Source: Candidatus Sumerlaeaceae bacterium
GTDB lineage: Bacteria; Sumerlaeota; Sumerlaeia; Sumerlaeales; Sumerlaeaceae
DNA: 64,000 bases
NCBI GenBank assembly: GCA_051003195.1
Contig: JBPCLP010000045.1
Coordinates: 128,001-192,000, forward strand
Reading direction: 5' to 3'
Part shown: positions 29,367 to 39,329 of the stretch, in pieces
Numbering within the stretch: position 1 is the stretch's first letter
How the letters are laid out: each line of letters starts with the position of its first letter
Notes under the pieces: generated by a model
Databases searched by the model: none
Told to the model about the DNA's origin: nothing
The model's input: the letters and a program-made list of their open reading frames with translations, nothing else
Position numbers and translations under genes: made by a program

Positions 29367-30055
29367 ACCCGAACGGCATTATCCTTAATTACGTTGGTCT
29401 CAAAACCCCGCCGAACCTTTTCGACGCCGCCATACGGGATGTACCAATCCGGCCCATGCTCCATCACGTAGAAGGGCCCCCAGCTAATAAATTCGTCAAA
29501 GTCAATTGAGACGCCCGGCAGCACCGTGATATCGACACGACCGAGCAGAGGCTTGATCGCAGGCTCACCGTACTTTCCGGACTCATTCAACAGCCGGATC
29601 GTGAGCACCTTATCATCCGGGTGAATAGTCCAGTACTCGCGCACGCGGTGGCGTTCATATAAACGAACTTTGTGCATTTGATCTTTGTAACTTGTATGTG
29701 GTGAGAGGATCTCAATGATGAAATCGGGCGCGCCGCGGCAGCCTTTGTCATCCAGCTTCTTCGCGTCACACACGACGCTGATGTCCGGCTGCACAACGGA
29801 CGTTATAAATTGGTCACGCTCATTGTTCTCAGCCAGTCTAACGTCAAACGAAGCAAGGTATACCTTACACTCTTTACCTTTAAGTGCTGCATGGATCTGC
29901 ACGTGCAGTTCGCCTAAAATCCTCTGGTGCTCTGGCGTTGGAGCGGGCGACATGTCGAAGATCTGCCCGTTAATCAGCTCAACGCGGACATCCGCTGGCC
30001 AGTTTTCATAGTCGGCGAAAGTAAAGCCAAGTCGGGGTTCTGGTACGGCTGACAC
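29363..30055 (-). CDS. Uma2-family (DUF820) PD-(D/E)xK endonuclease-like protein
   Basis: RVELINGQI..MSPAP..EHQ, VVQPDISVVCD, GAPDFIIEILSP and VREYW motifs; SD AAGGAG before GTG 30055. Confidence 0.9.
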   Translation of the reverse strand: MSAVPEPRLGFTFADYENWPADVRVELINGQIFDMSPAPTPEHQRILGELHVQIHAALKGKECKVYLASFDVRLAENNERDQFITSVVQPDISVVCDAKKLDDKGCRGAPDFIIEILSPHTSYKDQMHKVRLYERHRVREYWTIHPDDKVLTIRLLNESGKYGEPAIKPLLGRVDITVLPGVSIDFDEFISWGPFYVMEHGPDWYIPYGGVEKVRRGFETNVIKDNAVRV

Positions 30056-30075
30056 TAGTGTCTCCTTTCTGCCAC

Positions 30076-33000
30076 TTACGCGGGCGCGCCCGCCAACTCG
30101 CGTTCGGCCCGTTGTTCCTCTTCCTCCAGCATACGTAGAGCACGTTTGTAGTCCCGCGGCATCACCTTGATGAAGCGACCGAGATTTGCATCCCATTCCG
30201 CGAGGATCGCGGCTGCCTTGGTGCTCCCGGTGTACTCCACGTGGCGCTCGATCAGCGTGCGCAGGCGGTTAATGTCATCCTGCTGGATAAGTTCCTCCAG
30301 CTCGACAATACCCATGTTGCAGCGCCGGTCGAACTGGCCGTCCTCATCGAACACATAAGCGATTCCGCCGCTCATACCGGCAGCGAAATTGCGCCCTGTT
30401 TTCCCGAGTACCACCGCAAAACCGCCGGTCATGTATTCGCACCCGTGGTCACCGGTGCCCTCAACCACGCAGATTGCGCCGCTGTTGCGCACGGCGAAGC
30501 GCTCCCCTGCCAGCCCACGCACAAAAACCTCACCGCCTGTTGCGCCGTAAAGGCACGTGTTGCCGATGATGATGTTTTCCTCAGCTTTAAAAGTCGCTTC
30601 CTTTGGCGGGAAGATTACGACGCGCCCGCCAGAAATACCTTTGCACACGTAATCATTGGCATCGCCTTCAAGCGTCATCGAAATCCCGCGGTGCAGAAAA
30701 GCGCCAAAGCTCTGGCCTGCGGAACCTTTGAAATTAAAGTTAATGGTGTCGGGCGGGAGCCCTTCTGCCTCGTACTTCTGCGCGACCCTGCCACTGAGCA
30801 TTGTACCGACAGTTCGATTCGTGTTCGTGATCGGCAGATCCACATCGACCCGTTCCCCGCGCTCCAGTGCCGGGGCTGCCAGCTCAATCAGCTTGTTATC
30901 GAGCGAGTATTGCAGGCCGTGGTCCTGTTCCATCACACGGTGACGCGGAACTTCAGGCCCCGCTTCCGGCTGATGCAGGATCTGGCTGAAGTCCAGCCCT
31001 TGTGCCTTCCAGTGTTCGATTGCCTCTTGCGTCTCCAGCATGTCGCTGCGGCCAACCATCTCCGCAACGGTGCGGAAGCCCAGCTCCGCCATAATCTCTC
31101 GCAGCTCCATCGCAACAAATGTGAAGAAGTTAATAACATACTCGGGCTTGCCGGCGAACTTCGCACGCAGTACAGGATCCTGGGTGGCAATGCCAACCGG
31201 GCACGTATTCAGATGGCACTTGCGCATCATGATACACCCGCTGGCTACCAGCGGCGCGGTTGCACAGCCCCATTCCTCTGCTCCCAGAAGCGCAGCAATC
31301 GCCACGTCACGGCCCGTCTTAAGCTGCCCGTCACACTGCACCACGATTCGTCCTCGCAGGTCGTTCATCACGAGCACCTGTTGAGTCTCCGCAAGCCCAA
31401 GCTCCCATGGTACACCCGCATGCTTGATGGAAGTGAGCGGAGAAGCCCCAGTACCACCGTCGTGCCCGGAAATCAGCACAACGTCGGAATGCGCCTTTGC
31501 GACGCCGGCAGCGACCGTCCCGACGCCAACTTCTGCTACCAGCTTGACGCTGATGCGCGCACGCGGATTTGCATTCTTGAGATCATGGATGAGCTGCGCC
31601 AGGTCTTCGATGGAATAGATGTCATGATGCGGCGGCGGCGAAATGAGCCCCACTCCTGGTGTCGAATGCCGCAACCACCCGATGTACTTGTCTACCTTAT
31701 GGCCAGGCAACTGCCCGCCCTCGCCCGGCTTTGCACCCTGCGCCATCTTGATCTGCAGTTCTTCTGCATTCTGAAGATAATAAGCAGTCACGCCGAAACG
31801 CGCACTCGCCACCTGTTTGATAGCAGAGCGACGCCACTTGCCATCCGCGTCAGGCTTGAAGCGATTGTAGTCCTCGCCGCCCTCGCCCGTGTTCGACTTC
31901 GCCCCCATCGCGTTCATCGCGATAGCAAGGTTCTCGTGCGCTTCCTTGCCAATCGATCCCAGACTCATCGCGCCGGTCGCGAAACGTTTGATGATGTCAG
32001 CGATGGGTTCGACCTCATCGATAGGGATCCGGTTACCCGCCTTAAAGCGGAATAGTCCACGAAGTGTCGCCAGCCTGACGCTCTGGTCGTTTATCAGCTT
32101 CGCGTATTCCTTATAAATCTTATAGTCGCCGGTGCGAGTGGAATGCTGCAGCTTGAATACTGAATCGGGATTGAATAGATGGAACTCTCCGCCGCGCCTC
32201 CACTGGTACTGTCCACCCCAGTCGAGCATGTCGAAGCGCTGCGTGCGCTCCTCGGGCCAGGCGTAGCGATGACGCAACAGCGCCTCGCGCGCCAGCACTT
32301 CAAGACCAACGCCACTGATGCGTGAGGGCGTTTTCGTAAAGTATTCGTCCACCAGTTCCTTGTTAAGACCGATAGCTTCGAATATCTGTGCGCCCTGGTA
32401 GCTCTGGATCGTCGAGATACCCATCTTGGCAATGATTTTCAGGATCGCCTTGTCCACGGCCTTGATGTAATTCTTCGTCGCTTTTTCAATATTGAGGTCA
32501 TGTGCGCCGAGCTCATCCGGAATCGTGTGGTTCCGAATCATGTCAGCCAAAGTCTCGAACGCGAGGTACGGATTGATGGCGCCGGCGCCATATCCGATGA
32601 GCAGCGCAAAGTGCATCACCTCGCGCGCCTCGCCTGTTTCAATAACGATGCCTGCACTCCCACGCAAACCTGCGCGGATGAGATGGTGATGCAGCCCCGC
32701 CGTGGCCAAAAGTGCGGGAATAGCAGCGTGCTCAGCATCCACTCCGCGGTCGGAAAGAATGATCACATTATAATCGTCGTGACACGCCTGCTCGGCCTTC
32801 GCGAACAAATCGTCCAGCGCCTTCTTCAGCCCTGCTTCGCCCTCTGAAACCTTGAACAGCATCGGCAGCGTGATCGTGCGATAGTCTCCACGTGTCAGAG
32901 CGCGCACTTTTTCCAGCTCTTCGTTTGTCAGCACAACATGCTTCACACGTACAAGGTGGCAATGCTTCGGCGTCTCATCCAGGATGTTGTGCATCCGTCC

Positions 33001-34653
33001 GAGATAGTTGTAGGTCGACATGACCATCTCTTCGCGGATCGAATCAATCGGCGGATTCGTGACCTGCGCGAAGAGCTGCTTGAAATAGTTATACAGCAGT
33101 TGCTGGCGATCTGAAAGGACCGCCAGCGGCGTATCTGTGCCCATGCTGCCAAGTGCTTCCTCGCCAAGCGCGCCCATCGGAGCCATCAACATCCGAAGAT
33201 CCTCCAGCGTGTAACCAAAAGCCTGCTGGCGTGCGAGGATGGTATCATGGTCAGCGGGCTTCAGCGTGTCCGCGTCTGGAACCGGCAAATCCTCAAGATC
33301 GATAACATTCTCCTCGATCCACTCGGAGTAGTTATGACGGTTCGCCATCTGCGACTTGATCTCTTCATCGCCAATGATGCGGCCCTGCTCTGTGTCTACC
33401 AGTAGCATGCGGCCCGGTTGCATCTTGCCTTTATATTCGATGTTCTCGATCGGAATGTCGAGCACGCCAGACTCGGAGGCGTAGATCATGCGTCCGTCTT
33501 TTGTCACCCAGTAGCGCCCAGGCCGCAGGCCATTGCGGTCGAGTACAGCGCCTATCTGAGTGCCATCCGTAAAGCAGATCGCAGCAGGGCCGTCCCATGG
33601 CTCCATCAGGCACGCATGGTATTCGTAAAACGCGCGCTTGGCGGGGTCCATCCCAGGGTCACCACTCCAGGCTTCCGGTATCATCATCATCACTGCATGA
33701 GGCAGGCTGCGGCCACCCATCAGGAAAAACTCGAGAGCATTATCAAATGTCGCGCTATCGCTGCCTGTCTCGGTCACGAGTGGTTTAAGCTTGTGCAGGT
33801 CCGGGCCGAAGAGATCGCTCTGCAATTGCGCAAACCGTGAGGTCATCCAGTTTCGATTGCCACGCAACGTGTTGATCTCCCCGTTGTGCGCAATCATCCG
33901 ATACGGATGCGCCAGTTCCCAGGTCGGAAAGGTATTGGTCGAAAAACGACTGTGTACGAGCGCCATCGCGCTGATAACACTTTCGTCTTTCAGGTCCGGG
34001 TAAAATTCGGCGATCTGGTGGGCGATGAGCATGCCCTTGTAAATGATAGTGCGGTTCGAAAGGCTTGGAATATAGAATTCCTCATGCCCCGGCACTGCAT
34101 CGTCTTTAATATGGTAATTGGTCTGCTTGCGAATCAGGAATAACTTGCGGTCGAACGCGTGCGCATCTGCATACTCGCCCTTGCGCCGTATAAAAAACTG
34201 GCGGATCGCTGGCATGGCCGCACGGGCAACATAACCTATTGCAGCCGGGTCGATCGGAACGTCGCGCCATCCCAGGAACTCCTCGCCTTCGGAAGCCGTG
34301 ACCTTCTCGAGCACTTCTTCACACGCGCGGCGCTCGGCTGGATCATTGCTCAGAAATGCGACGCCCGCACCGTACTCCCCTGCTTCGGGCAGTTCAAAAC
34401 CCAGCTTTGCGCATTCACGTTTCAGGAAGTCGTGAGGAACTTGAAGAAGAATACCCGCGCCATCGCCAGTGTCAGGGTCGCAGCCGCAGGCCCCCCGATG
34501 CGTAAGATTCACAAGTACCTGGATGGCGTCTGCAACTGTCTGGTGCGACTTTCGCCCTTTGATATCCACGACGAAGCCAACGCCGCAGGCGTCGTGCTCG
34601 TTCTCAGGGTCGTATAACCCCTGCGCCTTGGGCAACCTGTTCCGGTACTCCAT
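30076..34653 (-). CDS. gltB: Glutamate synthase large subunit
   Basis: [48 protein letters not shown] and [15 protein letters not shown] motifs. Confidence 0.98.
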   Translation of the reverse strand: MEYRNRLPKAQGLYDPENEHDACGVGFVVDIKGRKSHQTVADAIQVLVNLTHRGACGCDPDTGDGAGILLQVPHDFLKRECAKLGFELPEAGEYGAGVAFLSNDPAERRACEEVLEKVTASEGEEFLGWRDVPIDPAAIGYVARAAMPAIRQFFIRRKGEYADAHAFDRKLFLIRKQTNYHIKDDAVPGHEEFYIPSLSNRTIIYKGMLIAHQIAEFYPDLKDESVISAMALVHSRFSTNTFPTWELAHPYRMIAHNGEINTLRGNRNWMTSRFAQLQSDLFGPDLHKLKPLVTETGSDSATFDNALEFFLMGGRSLPHAVMMMIPEAWSGDPGMDPAKRAFYEYHACLMEPWDGPAAICFTDGTQIGAVLDRNGLRPGRYWVTKDGRMIYASESGVLDIPIENIEYKGKMQPGRMLLVDTEQGRIIGDEEIKSQMANRHNYSEWIEENVIDLEDLPVPDADTLKPADHDTILARQQAFGYTLEDLRMLMAPMGALGEEALGSMGTDTPLAVLSDRQQLLYNYFKQLFAQVTNPPIDSIREEMVMSTYNYLGRMHNILDETPKHCHLVRVKHVVLTNEELEKVRALTRGDYRTITLPMLFKVSEGEAGLKKALDDLFAKAEQACHDDYNVIILSDRGVDAEHAAIPALLATAGLHHHLIRAGLRGSAGIVIETGEAREVMHFALLIGYGAGAINPYLAFETLADMIRNHTIPDELGAHDLNIEKATKNYIKAVDKAILKIIAKMGISTIQSYQGAQIFEAIGLNKELVDEYFTKTPSRISGVGLEVLAREALLRHRYAWPEERTQRFDMLDWGGQYQWRRGGEFHLFNPDSVFKLQHSTRTGDYKIYKEYAKLINDQSVRLATLRGLFRFKAGNRIPIDEVEPIADIIKRFATGAMSLGSIGKEAHENLAIAMNAMGAKSNTGEGGEDYNRFKPDADGKWRRSAIKQVASARFGVTAYYLQNAEELQIKMAQGAKPGEGGQLPGHKVDKYIGWLRHSTPGVGLISPPPHHDIYSIEDLAQLIHDLKNANPRARISVKLVAEVGVGTVAAGVAKAHSDVVLISGHDGGTGASPLTSIKHAGVPWELGLAETQQVLVMNDLRGRIVVQCDGQLKTGRDVAIAALLGAEEWGCATAPLVASGCIMMRKCHLNTCPVGIATQDPVLRAKFAGKPEYVINFFTFVAMELREIMAELGFRTVAEMVGRSDMLETQEAIEHWKAQGLDFSQILHQPEAGPEVPRHRVMEQDHGLQYSLDNKLIELAAPALERGERVDVDLPITNTNRTVGTMLSGRVAQKYEAEGLPPDTINFNFKGSAGQSFGAFLHRGISMTLEGDANDYVCKGISGGRVVIFPPKEATFKAEENIIIGNTCLYGATGGEVFVRGLAGERFAVRNSGAICVVEGTGDHGCEYMTGGFAVVLGKTGRNFAAGMSGGIAYVFDEDGQFDRRCNMGIVELEELIQQDDINRLRTLIERHVEYTGSTKAAAILAEWDANLGRFIKVMPRDYKRALRMLEEEEQRAERELAGAPA

Positions 34654-34910
34654 TGCTCTACTTCCCTTCCGATGCGCCCCCGCTGCGCAGGCGACGCCTT
34701 TGATGCTAAAGCCAAAACCGACAGCGCTGGGCACAGTTGACAGGGTGTGCTCAACCGCTACGGTTTGGCTCTCGCGACCGCTGGTTCGTTACGTAACAAT
34801 TCCGCAAGGCAGTTCAATCAAATAATCTGCACGTGCGCAAAAAGAAGCAGCGCAACGTATGACGCTGCCCGCGATAATAATCTTTACTGGGTTGCTGTAA
34901 CATAGAACGA

Positions 34911-35138
34911 ATGGATTTCATTATGTCTGATGCGCTTAACGGAAAAGGCTTTGTAGCAGGGCGTACGAACCTGCCCGTGGACCCGGTAATTGAAGCCTAT
35001 AAAAAGGATGTTGATCGCACATTGATCCGGCAGAATCTCAGCCGGAACATGGACCAGCGTATGCAGGGATTGCAGCAGATGCTCCAGCTTTATGCATACG
35101 GCCAGCGCAGAAGAGCGGAGTTGCGCCGGAAGCATTAA
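34911..35138 (+). CDS. Small helical protein, putative antitoxin or partner of the downstream nucleotidyltransferase
   Basis: DPVIEAYKKDVDRTLIRQNL; TAATG stop/start overlap with the next gene; start could be 34923. Confidence 0.65.
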   Translation: MDFIMSDALNGKGFVAGRTNLPVDPVIEAYKKDVDRTLIRQNLSRNMDQRMQGLQQMLQLYAYGQRRRAELRRKH

Positions 35139-35626
35139 TGCCGCAAGTAATGGATCCGCCAAGAATCGCACAGGTGCTCAATGACGGCAAGGTTGCGTAC
35201 ATTGTGGTCGGCGGAGTCGCGGCGACTCTTCACGGCTCTCCTCGCCTGACACGAGATTTCGATATCGTTTATCAACGAACCACTACAAACTACAAGGCAC
35301 TTGAGATTGCATTAAAGCCTCACAACCCATACCTGAGAGGGGCGCCGCCAGGCCTACCCTTTTCGTGGGACTCGGAAACGATTCAGCGAGGGCTCAACTT
35401 TACTCTCACAACTGACCTTGGAGACATCGATTGCCTTGGTGAAATCGTAGGGGGCGGCGGTTATGAGAATTTGTTGCCATTCGCAATCCCTGCAACATGG
35501 ACCGGCGTAAGCTGTATGATCCTTGGGTTAGAAAAGCTGATTGAAGTGAAACGCGCAGCAGGGCGTCCAAAGGACATCGAGGCAATTTCTGAACTCGAAG
35601 CTTTACTTGAGGAACATCTGGATTGA
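35138..35626 (+). CDS. Minimal Pol-beta-superfamily nucleotidyltransferase (DUF6036/AbiEii-like)
   Basis: VVGGVAATLHGSPRLTRDFDI, DID and K.AAGRPKD motifs. Confidence 0.8.
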   Translation: MPQVMDPPRIAQVLNDGKVAYIVVGGVAATLHGSPRLTRDFDIVYQRTTTNYKALEIALKPHNPYLRGAPPGLPFSWDSETIQRGLNFTLTTDLGDIDCLGEIVGGGGYENLLPFAIPATWTGVSCMILGLEKLIEVKRAAGRPKDIEAISELEALLEEHLD

Positions 35627-35660
35627 AAATGCGTTGTGCCAAACATGAGGTCTGCCAACA

Positions 35661-36623
35661 ATGATAACCGCATACGATTTCGAAAAACCGCTTATCGAGC
35701 TCGAGCAGAAAATCCTCGAGCGCGAGAAGGCCGAGCCGCGCGACGAGGGCGAGCTTGAGCAACTGCGACTGGAACTCGAGCGGATGCAGCGGGAGATCTA
35801 CTCCCAGCTAAACCCGTGGCAACGCGTTCTGCTGGCGCGAGACAAGGAGCGCCCACGTTCACTGGATTTTGTGAAAGCTCTCATGACCGAGTTCGTGGAA
35901 ATCCATGGCGACCGCGCCTTTGGCGACGACAAGGCAATGGTCTGCGGTTTCGCGACTTTCCGCGGGCGACCGCTAACCGTCATCTGTCAGCAGAAGGGCA
36001 AGGACACCAAGGACAACATCGAACGCAACTGGGGCATGAGCCACCCCGAGGGATACCGCAAAGCCCTCCGGGTCATGCGCATGGCCGAAAAGTTTAATCT
36101 GCCGATTGTGGTGTTTATCGATACTCCGGGCGCATTTCCCGGAATCGGCGCCGAAGAGCGTGGCCAGGCAGAGGCGATCGCGCGCAACATCCGTGAAATG
36201 TTCACGGTCGAAGTCCCCATCATCTGTATTGTGATCGGCGAAGGCGCCAGCGGCGGAGCGCTAGGTGTCGGTGTAGGGGACCTGATCCTGATGCTCGAGA
36301 ATTCCTGGTATTGCGTCATTAGCCCCGAAGGCTGTGCGGGCATTTTGTGGAAGACGCCGGCCATGGCTGAAGCTGCAGCTGAGCAATTAAAATTAACGCC
36401 ACCGGACCTGGTGGAACTGGGGATCGCGGACGAGATTATTCCGGAACCAGCCGGCGGCGCGCACCGCAACCCGGCTGTCACGTTTGAAAACGTGGGGGCT
36501 GTGCTGGAACGTCGATTGGCGCCCCTGTGCGAAATGGATAAGCAGCAACTGCTCGAACGCCGCTATAATAAATACCGCTATATGGGCCGCTTCATCGACA
36601 CTTCAGAAACGGAAGAGGCCTGA
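35661..36623 (+). CDS. accA: Acetyl-CoA carboxylase carboxyltransferase alpha subunit
   Basis: DFEKP, HGDRAFGDD, PEGYRKALR, IDTPGAFPGIGAEERGQ and VISPEGCA motifs. Confidence 0.97.
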   Translation: MITAYDFEKPLIELEQKILEREKAEPRDEGELEQLRLELERMQREIYSQLNPWQRVLLARDKERPRSLDFVKALMTEFVEIHGDRAFGDDKAMVCGFATFRGRPLTVICQQKGKDTKDNIERNWGMSHPEGYRKALRVMRMAEKFNLPIVVFIDTPGAFPGIGAEERGQAEAIARNIREMFTVEVPIICIVIGEGASGGALGVGVGDLILMLENSWYCVISPEGCAGILWKTPAMAEAAAEQLKLTPPDLVELGIADEIIPEPAGGAHRNPAVTFENVGAVLERRLAPLCEMDKQQLLERRYNKYRYMGRFIDTSETEEA

Positions 36624-36668
36624 CACGGCGGTATAAAATGCAGCGAACCGACATATCACTGGTGTCGG

Positions 36669-38372
36669 CTACTTTTTAGACCTGCCTATTGCCCGGGGCT
36701 TACGTTGCAGCGGTAGAGTTTCTTTACTGCGACTGTGTGCCGTGCTTGTATTTGTTCCGGATGCCATGGCAAGCAATCGACGCGCGCCCGCTATGGTGTA
36801 AGTCAGCGCCACACCTGCTGCAATATAGAAGCCGACAAACGCCGCCGTCAGCAACCGCGGGTCAAACCACTTGAACTGCACCAGGTAAAATGAAGGCGCG
36901 TGAAACAGGAAAAGCAGAATAAAGACAATACGTCCTGCGGTTGAAAACATTAAGCCAACTGTGCCGGCGAGTGACAGGACGACGAGCGTTCGAAGTAATT
37001 GCCGGTCCAAATCGAAAAACGGCTTAAATGCATACTGGGCCAGATCGCCCGAATAAAGCCGAACCATGCCGGCAAGGCTGCCCTTTACCACCTGGCCTAC
37101 CGTATGATACTTAAACAGGAATTCGCCCGTCTTCATTGGCCCGCCGGCGTATGCATCCTTGTTCACTTCAGCTTTCGTGGGAAAGCGCGGATCCACTCCC
37201 GCCAGTTCAAAGTTCGCGTAGAAGCGCATACCTATGTCGTTGATGAACATCGCGTTGTTGTATGTTTTTGAGCAATACACAAGGTAGGGAGCCACGGGAA
37301 TCGCGAGTGCGGCAATCGCCAGTGCCGCAACCCAGCTTTGCCTCAATGCCCGGCCATTTGTCCACCAGCTCACCCCGAAATGCACCAGAAGCGACAGCAC
37401 GTAGAACGTTATTCCGTGCAGACGCAACAGCGTGCCGGCTGCAGCAATAATGCCAAGCAGCAGATAGTGTTGCCATCGAATCGGCTTGCGCCAGTACGCC
37501 CAGTAAAAATAAAGGTATGCGAGAACAGAAGCAATGATCAGATCTTCGCGGAGCACCCGAACCGCGTCCATTGCCAGTTCGTAAGAACACGCGAAAAGCA
37601 ACGATGCACAGAAGGCGACCAGCAGTCCAAACAGCCGGTAGGCTGACAGGAATAAAACCCCCAGTGCGAAGAATGAAAACAAACATGCGTACAGGCGCAT
37701 CGCAGGATCGGAATAATCTCCGGTGCTGAAGATACGGGTTAACTTAAGCGCCCATATGTAACCCGGCTCCCGAAACTCAGTCGCATATCCAAAAGGGCGT
37801 TGCGAGATGAGCTGATAACCCATGGCGTCCGGATCCAGTGGCGAGCGCAGAAGTGCGGAAAGCGTCAGGTGCCGCACTTTAGCTGCGCAGGTGAGTACAA
37901 TCGCAAACAGCGAGGCGGCGATTGCGCCGTCGACCGGCCAGCCATCGCGCCAGCGTCGAATCATCAGATACGCGATACCGGCGAACGGCACCATCAGGTA
38001 GAGGTACTGCACTTGCGGCGGCACAAATGCAGTCGCAACCACAAGAGCCAGGCTGCCGCCGCCCCACAACAAACCTGTTTTGGCAGAACGTGTGTATGCC
38101 GCAATCAACGCAGGCGTGATGCTCGCCGGCACAACAAGCCACAGCAGCACGTACTCGCGGATCGCGTCCCGGTTGTTACCGGCAGAAACCGCCTTGCAGA
38201 CCGACAGCACGTCGCGGATGTGCGTTATAAATACAAAAGCGAGAATGCCGAGCAGTATCGACACCGCCACCCGCCTCACGTGCTCGGATGCAATCGCTTC
38301 GACGATCCGCGAGCGCAGCGTCTCCCAAGAGCCTCTGACTTGCAATGGCTCCGCAGTCAAATGTGCGCCCAA
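36669..38372 (-). CDS. Polytopic membrane protein, probable GT-C (GT39/PMT-like) glycosyltransferase
   Basis: Many TM helices; PDAMGY, REPGY, LRED and TLLR motifs; start uncertain. Confidence 0.6.
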   Translation of the reverse strand: MGAHLTAEPLQVRGSWETLRSRIVEAIASEHVRRVAVSILLGILAFVFITHIRDVLSVCKAVSAGNNRDAIREYVLLWLVVPASITPALIAAYTRSAKTGLLWGGGSLALVVATAFVPPQVQYLYLMVPFAGIAYLMIRRWRDGWPVDGAIAASLFAIVLTCAAKVRHLTLSALLRSPLDPDAMGYQLISQRPFGYATEFREPGYIWALKLTRIFSTGDYSDPAMRLYACLFSFFALGVLFLSAYRLFGLLVAFCASLLFACSYELAMDAVRVLREDLIIASVLAYLYFYWAYWRKPIRWQHYLLLGIIAAAGTLLRLHGITFYVLSLLVHFGVSWWTNGRALRQSWVAALAIAALAIPVAPYLVYCSKTYNNAMFINDIGMRFYANFELAGVDPRFPTKAEVNKDAYAGGPMKTGEFLFKYHTVGQVVKGSLAGMVRLYSGDLAQYAFKPFFDLDRQLLRTLVVLSLAGTVGLMFSTAGRIVFILLFLFHAPSFYLVQFKWFDPRLLTAAFVGFYIAAGVALTYTIAGARRLLAMASGTNTSTAHSRSKETLPLQRKPRAIGRSKK

Positions 38373-38442
38373 TCGCTTTTATCGTTGTGGTCTTGCTGGA
38401 TCGCCGAAAGCGCCTCGCCGATCGTTCGTACCAGCAATCCCA

Positions 38443-39060
38443 TCAGGCGGTCAGGTAGCCTTTGCTGTCGAGGTAAGCCAGCACAGTCTCGACGCTTTGC
38501 TCCACGGATTGAGTATCGGTGCGCAGGTGAACTTCGGGATTCGACGGCGCTTCGTACGGCGCATCCGCGGACACCCCGGTGAAGCCCTTTATCTCACCGG
38601 CCATTGCCTTCTTGTATAAGCCCTTTGGATCACGCTCGGCGCAAACGGCGACTGGAGCGTCCACGAAAATTTCCACAAACTCATTCTCTTTCACCAGGCT
38701 ACGCGCCAGATCACGATCAGCTCGGTACGGGCTGATAAAGCTCGTAATTACGATCAGCCCGGCATCGACAAACAGTTTTGAGACTTCGCCGATGCGACGA
38801 ATGTTCTCAGTCCGGTCCTCAGGCGAAAAGCCCAGGTTCTTGTTCAGTCCATGGCGGATATTGTCTCCATCCAGCACATATGCCAGATGACCGCGCTGAA
38901 TGAGCACCTGTTCCAGTGCGACAGCTATTGTACTCTTACCACACGCCGATAACCCGGTAAGCCACACGCAGCAGGGTTTCTGCTTCGTCAGCGCCAGCCG
39001 CTCCTCGCGTGTGACGTTACCTGCGTGCCACGTGATGTTGGTTGCCTTCTGTTCTGCCAT
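38443..39060 (-). CDS. cysC: Adenylyl-sulfate kinase
   Basis: WLTGLSACGKST, LDGDNIRHGLN, SFISPYR and RDPKGLY motifs. Confidence 0.96.
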   Translation of the reverse strand: MAEQKATNITWHAGNVTREERLALTKQKPCCVWLTGLSACGKSTIAVALEQVLIQRGHLAYVLDGDNIRHGLNKNLGFSPEDRTENIRRIGEVSKLFVDAGLIVITSFISPYRADRDLARSLVKENEFVEIFVDAPVAVCAERDPKGLYKKAMAGEIKGFTGVSADAPYEAPSNPEVHLRTDTQSVEQSVETVLAYLDSKGYLTA

Positions 39061-39240
39061 AATTGTCGATACTTCCGTTAATTGGAGTCAGGCTTTGCCT
39101 GCAAAAGCGCTGTATCGGTGGAGAGACTAGCGGACGCGTCAACCGCGGATTTCACGCGTTCAAATTCCGGGCGACAATAATTCGCGCTCGGCACTGGAAC
39201 GCAAATGGCACTAGTGAGGTAAGTGACTGAAACAAGGGAG

Positions 39241-39269
39241 TTGACGGTATTGCACGCGGTTCCTATAAT
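39241..39269 (+). promoter_or_regulatory. Sigma70-type promoter for the GH18 gene
   Basis: TTGACG-17 nt-TATAAT, 60 nt upstream of ATG 39330. Confidence 0.75.
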
Positions 39270-39329
39270 TGAAGCACCGGCTCGCACCACAGCTAAATCC
39301 TGCCAAATCAGAAGGATATTGTCCTACCC

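Noticed and set aside
30241..32055. Long antisense ORFs (also 368-1057, 1175-1744, 6296-7234, 54163-55101, 56959-57744)
   Set aside because: They are shadows of well-supported genes on the opposite strand, as expected in GC-rich DNA.
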